From a virus, in the IMG/VR virus record IMGVR_UViG_3300002461_000323, positions 32,001-96,000 of that record: a stretch of DNA of 64,000 nt. One strand, written 5' to 3'. Positions within the stretch are counted from its first letter, which is position 1. Each line of letters starts with the position of its first letter. The notes under the pieces were generated by a model. That model was not told where the DNA came from, did not search any database, and saw only the letters and a program-made list of their open reading frames with translations. Positions 1 through 10,153 of the stretch are shown piece by piece. A program made the position numbers and the translations under genes.

Positions 1-2
1 TC

Positions 3-275
3 GTGTACCTGCCGACCAGCTACGACAAGCAGTACGTCGAGGTCACGTACACCAGCGGCTTCCTTGATCGCGCCAGCGCACCCCAGGAGGTCAAGCAGGC
101 GATCCTGTACTTCGTGCCGCTCGCGCTGAAGCTGAGCATGCAGCCTGACGCTGAGACGAAGAAGAAGGCGGATGAGAGCGCGAAGATCAGCGAGGCGTTG
201 GTCGAGAGTCTGCGCCGCCCCACGGGTGTGCAGTACCGCCCCTTCCTGTTCACGCGGACCCCGCTCGCCGCATGA
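3..275 (+). CDS. Head-tail connector/adaptor protein, C-terminal part (probably 5'-truncated by the window)
   Basis: VEVTYTSGF...APQEVKQAIL resembles the C-terminus of gp6/gp15-like adaptors; it precedes the neck and tail genes. Confidence 0.55.
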   Translation: MYLPTSYDKQYVEVTYTSGFLDRASAPQEVKQAILYFVPLALKLSMQPDAETKKKADESAKISEALVESLRRPTGVQYRPFLFTRTPLAA

Positions 276-712
276 TCTCGATCGACCTTGGCCTCAGCCC
301 CGAGGCTCAGGTCCTACTCTCCCGGCTTGCAGCACTGACGACCGTGCTGGAGACCACCAGCGAACGAGCGCTGGACGAGGCAGCGGCTGCGATCCTCAGC
401 AACGTACGCACCAACTACCTGGCTGAGAGCGCCCCCGACGGCACGCCGTGGATTCCTTCGGCAGCGGGTGCTCGACGCAAGAGCCAAGGCGGTGGTCAGA
501 CGCTGTTCGACACCGGCAACCTATTCCGCAGCATCCAGGTGTACACCGAGTCCCTTCAGCGGCAGATCGGTACCGACGTCCCGTATGCACCGTACGTGCA
601 GAACGGAAAGACCCCTCGCGTGTTCCTGGCTGTGACCGAGCAGGACATTCTTCGCACCGAGGGCATATTCATCCTGAGAATTGAGGAGGCACTCCGTGAG
701 CAAGGCCTATGA
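272..712 (+). CDS. Virion morphogenesis / tail completion protein (Mu gpG / P2 gpS-like)
   Basis: Motifs PDGTPW, TLFDTGNLFRSI and IGTDVPYAPYVQNG are typical of this family. Confidence 0.75.
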   Translation: MISIDLGLSPEAQVLLSRLAALTTVLETTSERALDEAAAAILSNVRTNYLAESAPDGTPWIPSAAGARRKSQGGGQTLFDTGNLFRSIQVYTESLQRQIGTDVPYAPYVQNGKTPRVFLAVTEQDILRTEGIFILRIEEALREQGL

Positions 713-1130
713 AGCACTGACCGACCTGAAGACCAAGCTGCAATCGATTGCAGGGCTGGAGACCCGGGTATTTATTTGCTACGAGCCCGCAGACCTCGAC
801 CGGCAGGTGCTGGGAGTCGCGGGCACAACCATCGGAGTCGTCTACGGCGGCCTCCGCTCGGTGAGCGAGCCTGGAACTGCCAAGCACGGGACTTCCAGCG
901 TCGGACAGTTCATGGTGTTCATGAAGCACGACACCCCTCCGTTCACGAACGCCGACAACAAGGGGCCAGCGCTCGACACGCTGGAGCGCATGCGGCAAGT
1001 GATCATGTACAAGAACTCTCCTACGGGCCACAAATGGCGGTTCGTATCCGAGTCCATGGCTACATCCAGCAAGGAGAAGACCGTGTGGATGCAGGTGTAC
1101 GACACGCCGATCCAGTTGGGCCCAGTTTGA
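696..1130 (+). CDS. Putative tail terminator protein
   Basis: GTG start after SD GAGGAGG (683-689); size about 144 aa; position just before the tail tube gene. Confidence 0.5.
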   Translation: MSKAYEALTDLKTKLQSIAGLETRVFICYEPADLDRQVLGVAGTTIGVVYGGLRSVSEPGTAKHGTSSVGQFMVFMKHDTPPFTNADNKGPALDTLERMRQVIMYKNSPTGHKWRFVSESMATSSKEKTVWMQVYDTPIQLGPV

Positions 1131-1193
1131 TAGGTGGCGCCCCCAGGTCTAGAATCCAGGCATCGCCTTTCTTAACCACCTGCGAGGATCAAC

Positions 1194-1817
1194 ATGCCAC
1201 TCGAACTCCTGAAACAATTCGGCAAGGGCGGCTCGGGCATTCCCGACCAACTGCGCTCCATCGTCACCGAACTCCAGGGTCTCTCGATCTTGGCCGTCGC
1301 AGGTGCAGCAGCCAACACCAAGATCGTGGTCCCGGCCCTCCGCCAGGAAGACACGATCATCTGCGCGATCATGTCCGCTGCGGGCGTGCTCTCGAACCTC
1401 GCCGCCGTGACCATCGACGACATCCGTGCCTCGGGTACGCTGACCGTCGGCGCAGTCGTGACCGGCAACACCGTGACCGTCAACGGCAAGGTCTACACCT
1501 ACCGCCCGGCAGCGACTGCCAACCTGTTGAACCGCGAAGTCGCGATCGGCGCGAACGCGACCGAGACCGCAGCCAACCTGGCACGTGCGATCAACCTGTA
1601 CGACGCAGTGGCCCTGATCGCCACCAGCGCAGCAGCCGTGGTCACCGTCCGTGCAGCAGCCGATGGCGTGGGCGGCAACGCGATCACGTTGGCAGCCAGT
1701 GCGAACACCACGGTCTCTGGTGCGACCCTCACCGGGGGCTCGGCCGATGGCGGCTTCCGCTCGACCACGGCTTCGGCTGGCAACACCGTCCTGTTGGCCT
1801 ACTTCAACAAGAAGTAA
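1194..1817 (+). CDS. Virion structural protein (Ala/Thr-rich, beta-rich; tail decoration candidate)
   Basis: 207-aa ORF with SD; ends in TVSGATLTGG, a pattern seen in tail structural domains. Confidence 0.5.
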   Translation: MPLELLKQFGKGGSGIPDQLRSIVTELQGLSILAVAGAAANTKIVVPALRQEDTIICAIMSAAGVLSNLAAVTIDDIRASGTLTVGAVVTGNTVTVNGKVYTYRPAATANLLNREVAIGANATETAANLARAINLYDAVALIATSAAAVVTVRAAADGVGGNAITLAASANTTVSGATLTGGSADGGFRSTTASAGNTVLLAYFNKK

Positions 1818-1849
1818 TCCACTTCAACTGAACACCAAGGAGAGCCAAC

Positions 1850-2866
1850 ATGGCATGGGACAATACCGACTACTTCTTCTCCGGACAGGGCGTGATCCTG
1901 CTCGGCGACCGCGACCTCGCTGGCAACCCTGCCGGTCTGATCCCGGTTGGCAACGTCTCCGAACTCAAGCTCACGGTCGCCACCAGCGTGTTGGAGCACA
2001 AGGAATCGAAGACCGGCCAGCGTGCGATCGACCTGCGGTTGACCACCGAGACCAAAGGCACGTTGTCGATCACGATCGAGAACTTCAACGCCACCAACCT
2101 GGCTGCAGCCCTGCGCGGTACCAAGACCGTCAAGCCTGGTGCCCCGGTGGTCGGTGAACTCTCGAAAATCTACTTCGGCAAGATCGCCCCGCTGAACCAC
2201 ATGCTGATCAGCGCGGTGACGGTCCAGCGCGGTGCGAACACGCTGACCCCGTACACGAACGACGCCACCGCCTGGGACGTGCGCGTGAACCCCGAAAGCG
2301 GTTCGCTGTTGTTCAACGATGGCGCGGTCCAGGCGCTGACGACCAACGCGACTCTGGGTGGCGTGGTGCCGTCCGCGATCGTTGTGGGCGTGACCACTCA
2401 GGTGACGGTCGCGAACACCGCCAAGGCCGGTGACTACGTGGCCCTCGCAGGCTTCGCAGGTGCAGGCGCTGCGCTGGTGAACAACAAGGCTCACCTGGTG
2501 CTCAGCGCGACCCCAACCGGCGTGGTCTTGCAGACCAACACGTTCGGCGCGACCATCACCATCGGCGTCCCGCTGGCGGTGTTCGACGGCGCGGCCCTGA
2601 CTGTCGGCTACACCTACGCGACTCAGAATCACGTGGACCCGCTGGTGCTGGGCTCGCCCGAGAAGTGGATGCGCTTCGAAGGCCTGAACACCGCCGACAA
2701 CAACGCACCTGTGGTCGTGGACATCTTCCGCTTCCTCAGCGACCCGCTGAAAGAACTCTCGTTCATCAGCGACACCATCCAGAACTTCGTGCTCGAAGGA
2801 AACATGCTGGCTGACTCCGGGCGCACCAGCGGCTCGAAGTTCTTCCGCCAGTTCATGCTCCGCTGA
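1850..2866 (+). CDS. Major tail tube protein
   Basis: YFFSGQG...VGNVSELKL...EHKESKTG N-terminus and C-terminal RFEGLNTAD; strong SD AAGGAG; followed by terminator, chaperone and tape measure. Confidence 0.85.
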   Translation: MAWDNTDYFFSGQGVILLGDRDLAGNPAGLIPVGNVSELKLTVATSVLEHKESKTGQRAIDLRLTTETKGTLSITIENFNATNLAAALRGTKTVKPGAPVVGELSKIYFGKIAPLNHMLISAVTVQRGANTLTPYTNDATAWDVRVNPESGSLLFNDGAVQALTTNATLGGVVPSAIVVGVTTQVTVANTAKAGDYVALAGFAGAGAALVNNKAHLVLSATPTGVVLQTNTFGATITIGVPLAVFDGAALTVGYTYATQNHVDPLVLGSPEKWMRFEGLNTADNNAPVVVDIFRFLSDPLKELSFISDTIQNFVLEGNMLADSGRTSGSKFFRQFMLR

Positions 2867-2887
2867 GCGACGACCTGCGGTATCATC

Positions 2888-2917
2888 AGGGGCGGCTTCG
2901 GCTGCCCCTTTTCATTT
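2888..2917 (+). terminator. Rho-independent terminator after the tail tube gene
   Basis: AGGGGCGGC-TTCG-GCTGCCCCT hairpin followed by TTTCATTT. Confidence 0.8.
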
Positions 2918-2933
2918 CTACGGAGAGAAGCAC

Positions 2934-3440
2934 ATGACGTCTCAGAAGAAGGTCAAGATCAGTGACCTGTTCCCACCTCCCCTCGTGGTTGATCTCGGCC
3001 ATGCCAAGGTCGAAATCCAGGGCCTGTCGATCGCACAGATCGCCCTCCTGCTGGAGGAGCACGCGGAAATCCTGTCCGGTCTGCTGGACACCAAGACCCC
3101 GCCTGACGTCGTCGGCCTGTTGAAGACCAGCCCTGTGCTGGCAATGCAATTGATTGCACTGGGTCTGAACCTTGAAGCCGAAGAGCACGAGCAGGTGCAG
3201 GGCCTACCGGCGTCTGTGCAGGTGGCGATCCTGTTGGGTGTCTGGGATGCGACGGTGCCTGAGCTAAAAAAGCTCGGGGCGAGGTTCAGCGGCTTGTTGT
3301 CGGTCGCCCAAAAGAGCCTCGCCCAAAGCCCCGGCCCCGACGCTCCGGCAACGCGTCCTCCGATCCCGGATTTTCAGAGTCCCTTGCCGTCGGAGCCGAC
3401 TTCCTCGTCGGACACGGTGGATACTCCCTCAGCGACGTAG
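2934..3440 (+). CDS. Tail assembly chaperone (gpG-like)
   Basis: Lies between tail tube and tape measure; contains in-frame slippery site A-AAA-AAG at 3266-3272. Confidence 0.8.
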   Translation: MTSQKKVKISDLFPPPLVVDLGHAKVEIQGLSIAQIALLLEEHAEILSGLLDTKTPPDVVGLLKTSPVLAMQLIALGLNLEAEEHEQVQGLPASVQVAILLGVWDATVPELKKLGARFSGLLSVAQKSLAQSPGPDAPATRPPIPDFQSPLPSEPTSSSDTVDTPSAT

Positions 3441-3601
3441 GAGGGATGAACCTGCGCCAGTTCCGGGCTTTCCTCAAGCTCGCCTGGGCGCGGTACATCG
3501 ACAGCCAGATAACGCTGGCTGTGAACGCTAGGCAGGCCCATAATGCCGAAGGTGACGGCTTCAAGAAGTACTTGGAGGACCTAGCCGCAAGCAAGGACTG
3601 A
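2934..3601 (+). CDS. Tail assembly chaperone gpGT (-1 frameshift product)
   Basis: The -1 frame after 3272 is open to TGA 3599-3601 (..DFLVGHGGYSLSDVGGMNLRQFRAFLKLAW..), ending 2 nt before the tape measure ATG. Confidence 0.75.
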
Positions 3602-3603
3602 CC

Positions 3604-6600
3604 ATGGCAGAAACGACCCTCGACATTCTCCTGCGGGTACGGAACCAGACCGGGGCCGTGCTCTCGCAGGTGTCATCCGATCTGTCGAAGATCAGAACCG
3701 CTCTGGCGAGCACCAGCCAGAACACCAAGCAGACGAACTCTGACTTCCAGCGCCTGTTCTCCACTCTGGCATCCGGCAAGGGTGAGATTCAGGGTGTGGT
3801 CAGCGGATTCCAAGGCCTCGTGGCCTCGCTCGGCGGGCTCGTGCTCGTCAACCAGATCAAAGGGCTGGCGGATGTAGCTGCCCGTACCCAGGTGCTCGGC
3901 ACGGTCCTGAACGAGATCGGGCGGGCCAGTGGCTTCTCTCGTGCAGAGATCGAGAAGTTCGACGCGGCTGTACAGAAGGCCGGTATCACTGCTGGCGCAT
4001 CCCGTCAGACTCTGACCCAGTTCCTCCAAGCTGGCCTCGACCCAGCCAAGGCCGCTGAGCTTGCGCGGGCTGCCCAGAACTTTGCGGTGGTCACCGGTGA
4101 GAACTCCAGTGCTGCGCTCTCCCGGCTGGTGACGAACATCCAGCAGATTGACGTGACCGGCCTGAAGTTCCAGGGCATCATCGTGGACATGACGAAGGTC
4201 ACAGCCGACTTCGCACGAGAGGTTGGCAAGACCCCGCAGGAACTGACCCGCGCTGAACAGCAGACGGCGCTGTTGAACGAGGTGCTGCGCAAGGGCAAGG
4301 AGTCCGGCCAGTTGTACGTCGCGGCAATGGGTGATGTCGGCAAGGCCGTGGGCTCGCTCTCGCGCTTGCAGGAGGAGCTTCAGAACTCACTGGGTGAGAA
4401 GCTGCTGCCCGCGTACAAGGCGCTGGTAGACGAGTTCGGCGTGTTCCTGAAGCAGGCGAAGCTGGTGTCCGACTCAGTGGACGCGAACGGCACGGCTGCT
4501 GAGGCCTTCGGAGAGTCGGTGCGGGCATCCGCACGGTCCCTGCGTGAGTTCGCACTGCTGCTCGTCGAGTACAGCGGTGTGGTCACGACATTCGTGCAGG
4601 CACTGCTTGGGTTCGCCGCGCTCCGGGCAGTCGCGCTGGTCTTCACGTTCATCACCAGTCAATTGGCGTTCCTGGGCCGGGCTCTGGCTACTGCCGGAAC
4701 CGCCATCGGAATCTTCGCTCGTGGCTTCTCGTTCCTGACCGCGCTGGTCTCCGGGGGCACACTCGCACTCTCCGCGCCTTTCCTGCTTGTGCTCGGAGCC
4801 ATCGGCGCTGCAGCCGTGGCCGTGGGCGCGTTCGCTCTCCAGTTTGAGCCGGTTGCCCGTATCGCGAACATCGCGCTGGCATCGATCTCCCTGGCGTACA
4901 ACCGGTTGATCGGAGACTCCGAGGGTGCAGCCGCTGCTTCCGACGCACTGTTCAACGCCGTTACCCGTGCTGGAGACGGCACCGAGGCACGCGCCGCTGC
5001 AGCCGCCAAGCTGATCGAGGTCACCCGCGAGCAAGTGGAGTTGCAGACGACGCTGATCGACCTTGAGAACGCGTTGGTGCAGGCGAACAAGACTGGCACT
5101 GCAGAGCAGCAGAAGACCGCCAAGGCTGCGTTCGATGCAGCGAAGAAGCAGAACGAAGACCTGAACGCTCAGCGGGTGGCGCTCGCCCGTGCTGGGGATG
5201 TCAGTGGGGCCACCCAGGAACTCATCCAGAAGAAGGAAGAGGAAGCTGCGGCCATCCGCAAGATCGAGATCGCGCTTGCCAAAGTCTCGGACGCTGGCAT
5301 CAAGGCACGTGAAGAGCTTGGCATCCCCGCTGGTCTGGGTGACAGCCTGCGTGCGGACGTGATCACCGCTGAGTTCGGGAAGGCCGCAGGCGCGTTCAAG
5401 AACCTGGTGGCCTCTTTCGACGCCGACCAGAAGGTGTACGCTGCGAACGTCAAGAAGTTCCAGGCAGACCTTGAGAAAGAGGGCGTTGCACCAACCGAAG
5501 CGCTGGTTCAGGCCACTCAGAAGGCTCGGGATGCCGTGCGGTTCTCGGTCAACGATCTGCGCATCGGAGTGCAATCGATTGCAGACGCTGCCAAAGCACC
5601 GGATGAGATCGCCGCTGCGATTGACCTGATCGTCAACGCTGCTGGCCGTGCGGTCACGAGTGTGGACGAACTCAAGCGCACCCTGGAGTTCCGGCTGGAG
5701 GCAGAGAGCCTGCGCCGGGTAGAGCAGAACATGCAGGGCTACAGCGAGGCCACGAAGGAGGCCCAGACCGCGCTCACGCTCCTGCGGACGGTCACCGACG
5801 ACCAGGCACGGGCCACGCTCGATCTCAGCCAGGCGTACGCGGACGTGGGTGTCAGCGCTGGCCGGGTGTTCGAGAACCTTTCGTTCGCCGGTCGCTCGGG
5901 CATCCGCAGCCTTGTGGACGGGTTCACCGGTCTGCGGTCCACCGTGGCCGAGACCAGCCGGATTGTCGATCAGGGCACCCGGCAGCAGCTTGCATCCGCG
6001 AACGGCACGTTTCAAGAGAGCCTGCGGTTGCTGGCCGACAGCGAGCGGCGCAAGCGTGAACTCGCCCAGCAGACGGTCGGAGGCAGCCAGACGTTCGCGG
6101 CGGCCCTGCGTGCGATCGAGGAGCAGTCCGTGCGCGAGCGCGTGACCATCAACCAGACCTACTACTCCCGCTTGAAAGAGCTTCGGGACAACGCGCTGTC
6201 GCAGTTCAAGACGTTCGCGAACACGATCAAGGGTCTTGACGAGGAGATTTTCCAGAACGGTGTCAACCGTGAGAAGAGCCTGCGCGACCTCAAGCGTCAA
6301 GGGCTGACCGAGGAGCAGCAGTTCGCCGACCGCCTTCTGGAGATCGACCAGCTTGCCGGGGCCGAGCGTCTGGCGATCTCGAACAAGCAGTTCGACCTGG
6401 CAAAGCAGTTGAACCAGCAGCGGATTCAGGCGGCATCCCAGCTTGCGAACTCGGGCGGTGTGCCACAGGAGGTTGCGCTTGCACGTGCGACCGAGGCCAC
6501 GAACAAGGCGTACACGGACCGTGACTCGCTCCTGCGCGGCATCCGTACCGAGACCGACAAGGCAGCCCGCACTCAATTGCAGACGTACGAGGAACTGGGC

Positions 6601-7170
6601 AAGGAGATCGGCAAGGTCGCTGAGACCCTGGCTGGTCTGGCGGGCGAGCAGCTTGCGAAGGTGAAGTTCGAAGTCGGTGCAGGCGAGACCGAGAAGCTGT
6701 TGGCAGCCCTTCAGCAGCAGTTCGACCGCAACCCGCTGCGCGTGACCTTCCAGGGCCAGGTGAACGGCCAGACGACGACCGTGCAGCGGTTCGCCAGCGG
6801 TGGCGGCGTCCAGGGCTCGGGCACGGATACGAGCGACAACATCCCAGCCTGGCTGTCGCCCGGTGAGTGGGTGTCCCGTGCCAAGGCCGTGCGGTATTAC
6901 GGTGCCGAGGTGTTCCGTCGGCTGAACAACATGACGCTCCCGCGCTCGGCTCTGCGTCTGGCTACCGGTGGTCTGGTGCCTGCGGGTGTGGGCATGCCGG
7001 TGTTCGGCGGAAGCTCCCGTGGCCCATCAGAAGGCGGCGAGACCACGAACACCCCCCGCCGTGACATCGTGGACGTGAACCTGAACATCGGCGGACGCCG
7101 TGTCAGCCTGTACGGTGAGCGCCAGCAGGCGACCGCGCTCGTTGACGCACTCGCCCAAACGAAAGTCTGA
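3604..7170 (+). CDS. Tape measure protein
   Basis: 1188 aa, Ala-rich and helical with a central hydrophobic segment; C-terminal FASGGGVQGSGTDTSDNIPAWLSPGEWV motif. Confidence 0.92.
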   Translation: MAETTLDILLRVRNQTGAVLSQVSSDLSKIRTALASTSQNTKQTNSDFQRLFSTLASGKGEIQGVVSGFQGLVASLGGLVLVNQIKGLADVAARTQVLGTVLNEIGRASGFSRAEIEKFDAAVQKAGITAGASRQTLTQFLQAGLDPAKAAELARAAQNFAVVTGENSSAALSRLVTNIQQIDVTGLKFQGIIVDMTKVTADFAREVGKTPQELTRAEQQTALLNEVLRKGKESGQLYVAAMGDVGKAVGSLSRLQEELQNSLGEKLLPAYKALVDEFGVFLKQAKLVSDSVDANGTAAEAFGESVRASARSLREFALLLVEYSGVVTTFVQALLGFAALRAVALVFTFITSQLAFLGRALATAGTAIGIFARGFSFLTALVSGGTLALSAPFLLVLGAIGAAAVAVGAFALQFEPVARIANIALASISLAYNRLIGDSEGAAAASDALFNAVTRAGDGTEARAAAAAKLIEVTREQVELQTTLIDLENALVQANKTGTAEQQKTAKAAFDAAKKQNEDLNAQRVALARAGDVSGATQELIQKKEEEAAAIRKIEIALAKVSDAGIKAREELGIPAGLGDSLRADVITAEFGKAAGAFKNLVASFDADQKVYAANVKKFQADLEKEGVAPTEALVQATQKARDAVRFSVNDLRIGVQSIADAAKAPDEIAAAIDLIVNAAGRAVTSVDELKRTLEFRLEAESLRRVEQNMQGYSEATKEAQTALTLLRTVTDDQARATLDLSQAYADVGVSAGRVFENLSFAGRSGIRSLVDGFTGLRSTVAETSRIVDQGTRQQLASANGTFQESLRLLADSERRKRELAQQTVGGSQTFAAALRAIEEQSVRERVTINQTYYSRLKELRDNALSQFKTFANTIKGLDEEIFQNGVNREKSLRDLKRQGLTEEQQFADRLLEIDQLAGAERLAISNKQFDLAKQLNQQRIQAASQLANSGGVPQEVALARATEATNKAYTDRDSLLRGIRTETDKAARTQLQTYEELGKEIGKVAETLAGLAGEQLAKVKFEVGAGETEKLLAALQQQFDRNPLRVTFQGQVNGQTTTVQRFASGGGVQGSGTDTSDNIPAWLSPGEWVSRAKAVRYYGAEVFRRLNNMTLPRSALRLATGGLVPAGVGMPVFGGSSRGPSEGGETTNTPRRDIVDVNLNIGGRRVSLYGERQQATALVDALAQTKV

Positions 7171-7172
7171 AC

Positions 7173-7562
7173 ATGCCGCTTACCCTCGGATCATTGACCC
7201 TCGCAGACGGCCTTGTCTGGGCTGAGGAGTTCCAGTACACCGGGATCGTCCAGGAGGTCCGGCAGTCGCTGGGTGGACGACCACAGGTGTACTCGGGGAC
7301 GATCACCGGACCGATGCCGATCACGCTCACGAGCTTGGACGACCAAGGCTGGCAGACGATCGCTGTTGCCCGGGAACTGCAGGCTATGGCAAAATCCCTT
7401 GGACAGTTCACGCTCGTGCTCGGCAGCCGGAGTTTTCCGGTCGAGTTCAGGCACTCCGACCAACCGGTGCTGCAGGTCACGCCGTTGATCCCTCGAACAG
7501 ACCCTGATGACGAAGATTACTGCACGGTCGTCATCAAGCTGGTCTGCTATTCCCCACCCTAA
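7173..7562 (+). CDS. Distal tail-like protein
   Basis: Immediately after tape measure; LVWAEEF...RQSLGG...PITL pattern. Confidence 0.55.
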   Translation: MPLTLGSLTLADGLVWAEEFQYTGIVQEVRQSLGGRPQVYSGTITGPMPITLTSLDDQGWQTIAVARELQAMAKSLGQFTLVLGSRSFPVEFRHSDQPVLQVTPLIPRTDPDDEDYCTVVIKLVCYSPP

Positions 7563-7571
7563 GGAGCTTTC

Positions 7572-8573
7572 ATGAGCATTCAAACTTCCGAGATCATCTG
7601 GCGTCGTCCGACCGAGGTGTCCGATGCCCCCACCAACGGTGGCCGCATGGGCTCGGTCTCGATCATCAGCGGGGTCAAGAACTCGCTGTTCCCGAGCGCC
7701 AGCCAGGCCGAGCGTACTGCCGGTTCCACGAAGTATCGCAAGGCGTTCGCGCACATCGCAAACGACGACACGCTGGCACTGCTCGAAGGCAAGGTCTTCC
7801 TCACGCGTCCGACGCCCGGCGATGACCGGGTGACGATCTTCCCGGGTACCCAGTTGGACACCCAGGCATCGATCACCGGTGCTGAGGGCCAGTACGGGAT
7901 CGGCACGTTGAACGCGAACGCGAACATCGGTCAGACGACGATGGCCGTGTTGGTTGAGAACGCGGCTGACAACATCTTCCGTACGGGCATGGTCGTGCGC
8001 GTGAGCGACCGCCAGACGATCGACGGCGCAGGGAATGAACAGTTCCTGACGCTCTCTGGCAACGCCACGTACGTGGGCAACGTCGCGACCTTGACGTTCA
8101 CGACCACGCCCCTGCAGTTCAACTTCCTGGCGGCTACCCCGACGTACGTGAGTTCGTGCATCACCGACGCCGTGGTCGAGGCCGAGGTCGTGGACTACGC
8201 TGAAGTCACGGGTACCGGCACGTACGACGAACTGGGCTCTCCGATCCAGCCCCACGGCATCGGTTCGATCGAACAACTGTGGACACTCACGTTCACCTCC
8301 AGCACGGTGTTCACGATCGTCGGAGACACCGTGGGATCACTGGGCACCGGCAACGTGAGCACGAACACCGTACCATCCAACCCCGCGTACTCCAAGCCGT
8401 ACTTCACGCTGTTGAGCGCGGGCTTCGGCGGCTCCTGGGCACCCGGGAATACCATCCAGTTCCGCACCCACCCTGCGGCCATCCCGGTCTGGCACAAGCG
8501 GGTGATCCCTGCGGCTGCCAACAGCTTGAGCGCTAACTTCACCCGAGTGGGTGTGGACGGTGAGAGCGAATGA
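7572..8573 (+). CDS. Tail tip/baseplate structural protein (paralog family A)
   Basis: NSLFP..AERTAGSTKYRKAF and C-terminal IPVWHKRVIPA motifs shared with 12085 and 13615 products. Confidence 0.6.
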   Translation: MSIQTSEIIWRRPTEVSDAPTNGGRMGSVSIISGVKNSLFPSASQAERTAGSTKYRKAFAHIANDDTLALLEGKVFLTRPTPGDDRVTIFPGTQLDTQASITGAEGQYGIGTLNANANIGQTTMAVLVENAADNIFRTGMVVRVSDRQTIDGAGNEQFLTLSGNATYVGNVATLTFTTTPLQFNFLAATPTYVSSCITDAVVEAEVVDYAEVTGTGTYDELGSPIQPHGIGSIEQLWTLTFTSSTVFTIVGDTVGSLGTGNVSTNTVPSNPAYSKPYFTLLSAGFGGSWAPGNTIQFRTHPAAIPVWHKRVIPAAANSLSANFTRVGVDGESE

Positions 8574-9760
8574 CCGCCCCGGTGATCACGAACGTCCTGA
8601 CCTCGTACGCGAATGAACAACAGTACGAGCAGGGCGTTCTCAGGCTTGAAGAGGACCCGCTTCCTGCGGCCTACGGACAGGCGCTGATCCGCCTGTACTT
8701 CAAGGGGACTATGCCGAGCCTGCTGAGCACCAGCGGGTTCCCGGTGAACACCGTGATCACGAACGTCACCTCCGAACACCAGGAGGTGTTGTTCTTTCAG
8801 GGGTCCAACACTGCGGCGTTCTCCCGCCCGGTGGTCAGCCAGGCACGGGTCAGCCAGGTCGGACGCTTCCTTGATCTCCAAGGACGGCTGATCCCCTCGG
8901 TGAACCTGACGGTCAATGAACTCACCGGCCAGGTGGTCGCCAACCAACCGTGTTACGGGACGGTCCAGACGACCTACCGGAGCACGTACACGCGCCTCCA
9001 GTGTGCGTACCAACGACTGCTCGACCCCGCGCTCAGCAAGTCCGATTTCAGCCCGATGCTGATCGTCGCTTTCAACTCGCTGGGCACTCGCGCCTCCCTC
9101 GCGTTAGAGCCCCCGGACAGGCTCACCGGTGGAGGGTACAACGGGTTCGACCGTACCTCCGGAGAGCAGTTGATCATCGAACTCGACCCGAAGTTCCCGG
9201 TGAGCCTGTCCCACAACGACGCTCGATCACGTCTAACTGCGGTCGCCCGGTTTTTCGTGTATTCGTACGGTGATTCCGTGGCCCTCACCTGTACTCAGGG
9301 CTCGATCACGAATACCACCAGAGCAGAGACGCTAGAAATGACTGAGGGTATCTCCTTCAGTGGCAGCCAGAGTACGTCCGTCAAGTACCCGCCAATCCGT
9401 GGAATCTCGGTAACCGCTCAAGGGAGCTTCCAGAGTAAGTTCGGCCCACCATTCAGTCCGAGGTTCGTAGTCGGCCCAGGGATCGTGACCACCGTTGATT
9501 GGATAGGGTATCAACAGTACCGCCTGACCGGTAACCGGGATGTGCAAGCGAATGAGGTGGCGGTGACCACCGGTGGGAGCATCCTCATCCCCTCGACCGG
9601 TCTAGCACGGGCCAGGTACTCCACCCGTAGAGCCTCGTACACCCTGCGGTGGACACGCCCTGCCAACGACTGGTTCGCTCCGGTGGTTGTCTTGGCCTCC
9701 GATAGCCAGGGACGTACGGGCACGACCACGATCAACCCACCAACGCGCCGAGGTGTCTGA
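8570..9760 (+). CDS. Tail structural protein with internal domain duplication
   Basis: 396 aa; the two halves share motif order; tail context. Confidence 0.5.
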   Translation: MTAPVITNVLTSYANEQQYEQGVLRLEEDPLPAAYGQALIRLYFKGTMPSLLSTSGFPVNTVITNVTSEHQEVLFFQGSNTAAFSRPVVSQARVSQVGRFLDLQGRLIPSVNLTVNELTGQVVANQPCYGTVQTTYRSTYTRLQCAYQRLLDPALSKSDFSPMLIVAFNSLGTRASLALEPPDRLTGGGYNGFDRTSGEQLIIELDPKFPVSLSHNDARSRLTAVARFFVYSYGDSVALTCTQGSITNTTRAETLEMTEGISFSGSQSTSVKYPPIRGISVTAQGSFQSKFGPPFSPRFVVGPGIVTTVDWIGYQQYRLTGNRDVQANEVAVTTGGSILIPSTGLARARYSTRRASYTLRWTRPANDWFAPVVVLASDSQGRTGTTTINPPTRRGV

Positions 9761-10152
9761 TGGAAATGCTGTACCGCACGTACCAGGAGTACGCACGGGT
9801 TGTCGAGGAGGTGGCGGCCACTGAGGACGGAGTGTTCAAGAAGGACCGTACACCCGAGACCTACGGTGGGGCCGTGCTGAAGCTGCAGATCGTCCACGAG
9901 ATTCAGATGGTGGACGCGGGCGGGCGGATGGAGTTTCTGAAGTTCGAGAACCCTGAGCCGAAGAACAAGGACGAGACGAGCACCCCCGGGCAGATCGTGA
10001 AGGACGGCCAAGTGCAGTTCGCTGGCTCTGGTGGTGACCCGCGCACGTGGACAACCATCGTCAACAGCAAGCTCAGCAACCGCCTGAAGGCACTCGCAGC
10101 CGAGACCGTGGCCCTCCGAGAAGAAGACGGCACAGCCGGGTCCGAGGTCTGA
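9760..10152 (+). CDS. Hypothetical tail-region protein
   Basis: Translationally coupled 130-aa ORF with typical codon usage. Confidence 0.5.
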   Translation: MEMLYRTYQEYARVVEEVAATEDGVFKKDRTPETYGGAVLKLQIVHEIQMVDAGGRMEFLKFENPEPKNKDETSTPGQIVKDGQVQFAGSGGDPRTWTTIVNSKLSNRLKALAAETVALREEDGTAGSEV

Positions 10153-10153
10153 C

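Noticed and set aside
776-1831. 351-aa alternative-frame ORF and similar Arg/Pro-rich overlapping + strand ORFs
   Set aside because: Composition is typical of off-frame translation of GC-rich genes, and it overlaps better-supported CDSs.
4474-6576. Long minus-strand ORFs (e.g. 700 aa here; also 10592-12055, 43729-45258, 59440-60879, 61570-62772)
   Set aside because: Antisense shadows of GC3-biased + strand genes; no recognisable motifs, and they fully overlap well-supported genes.
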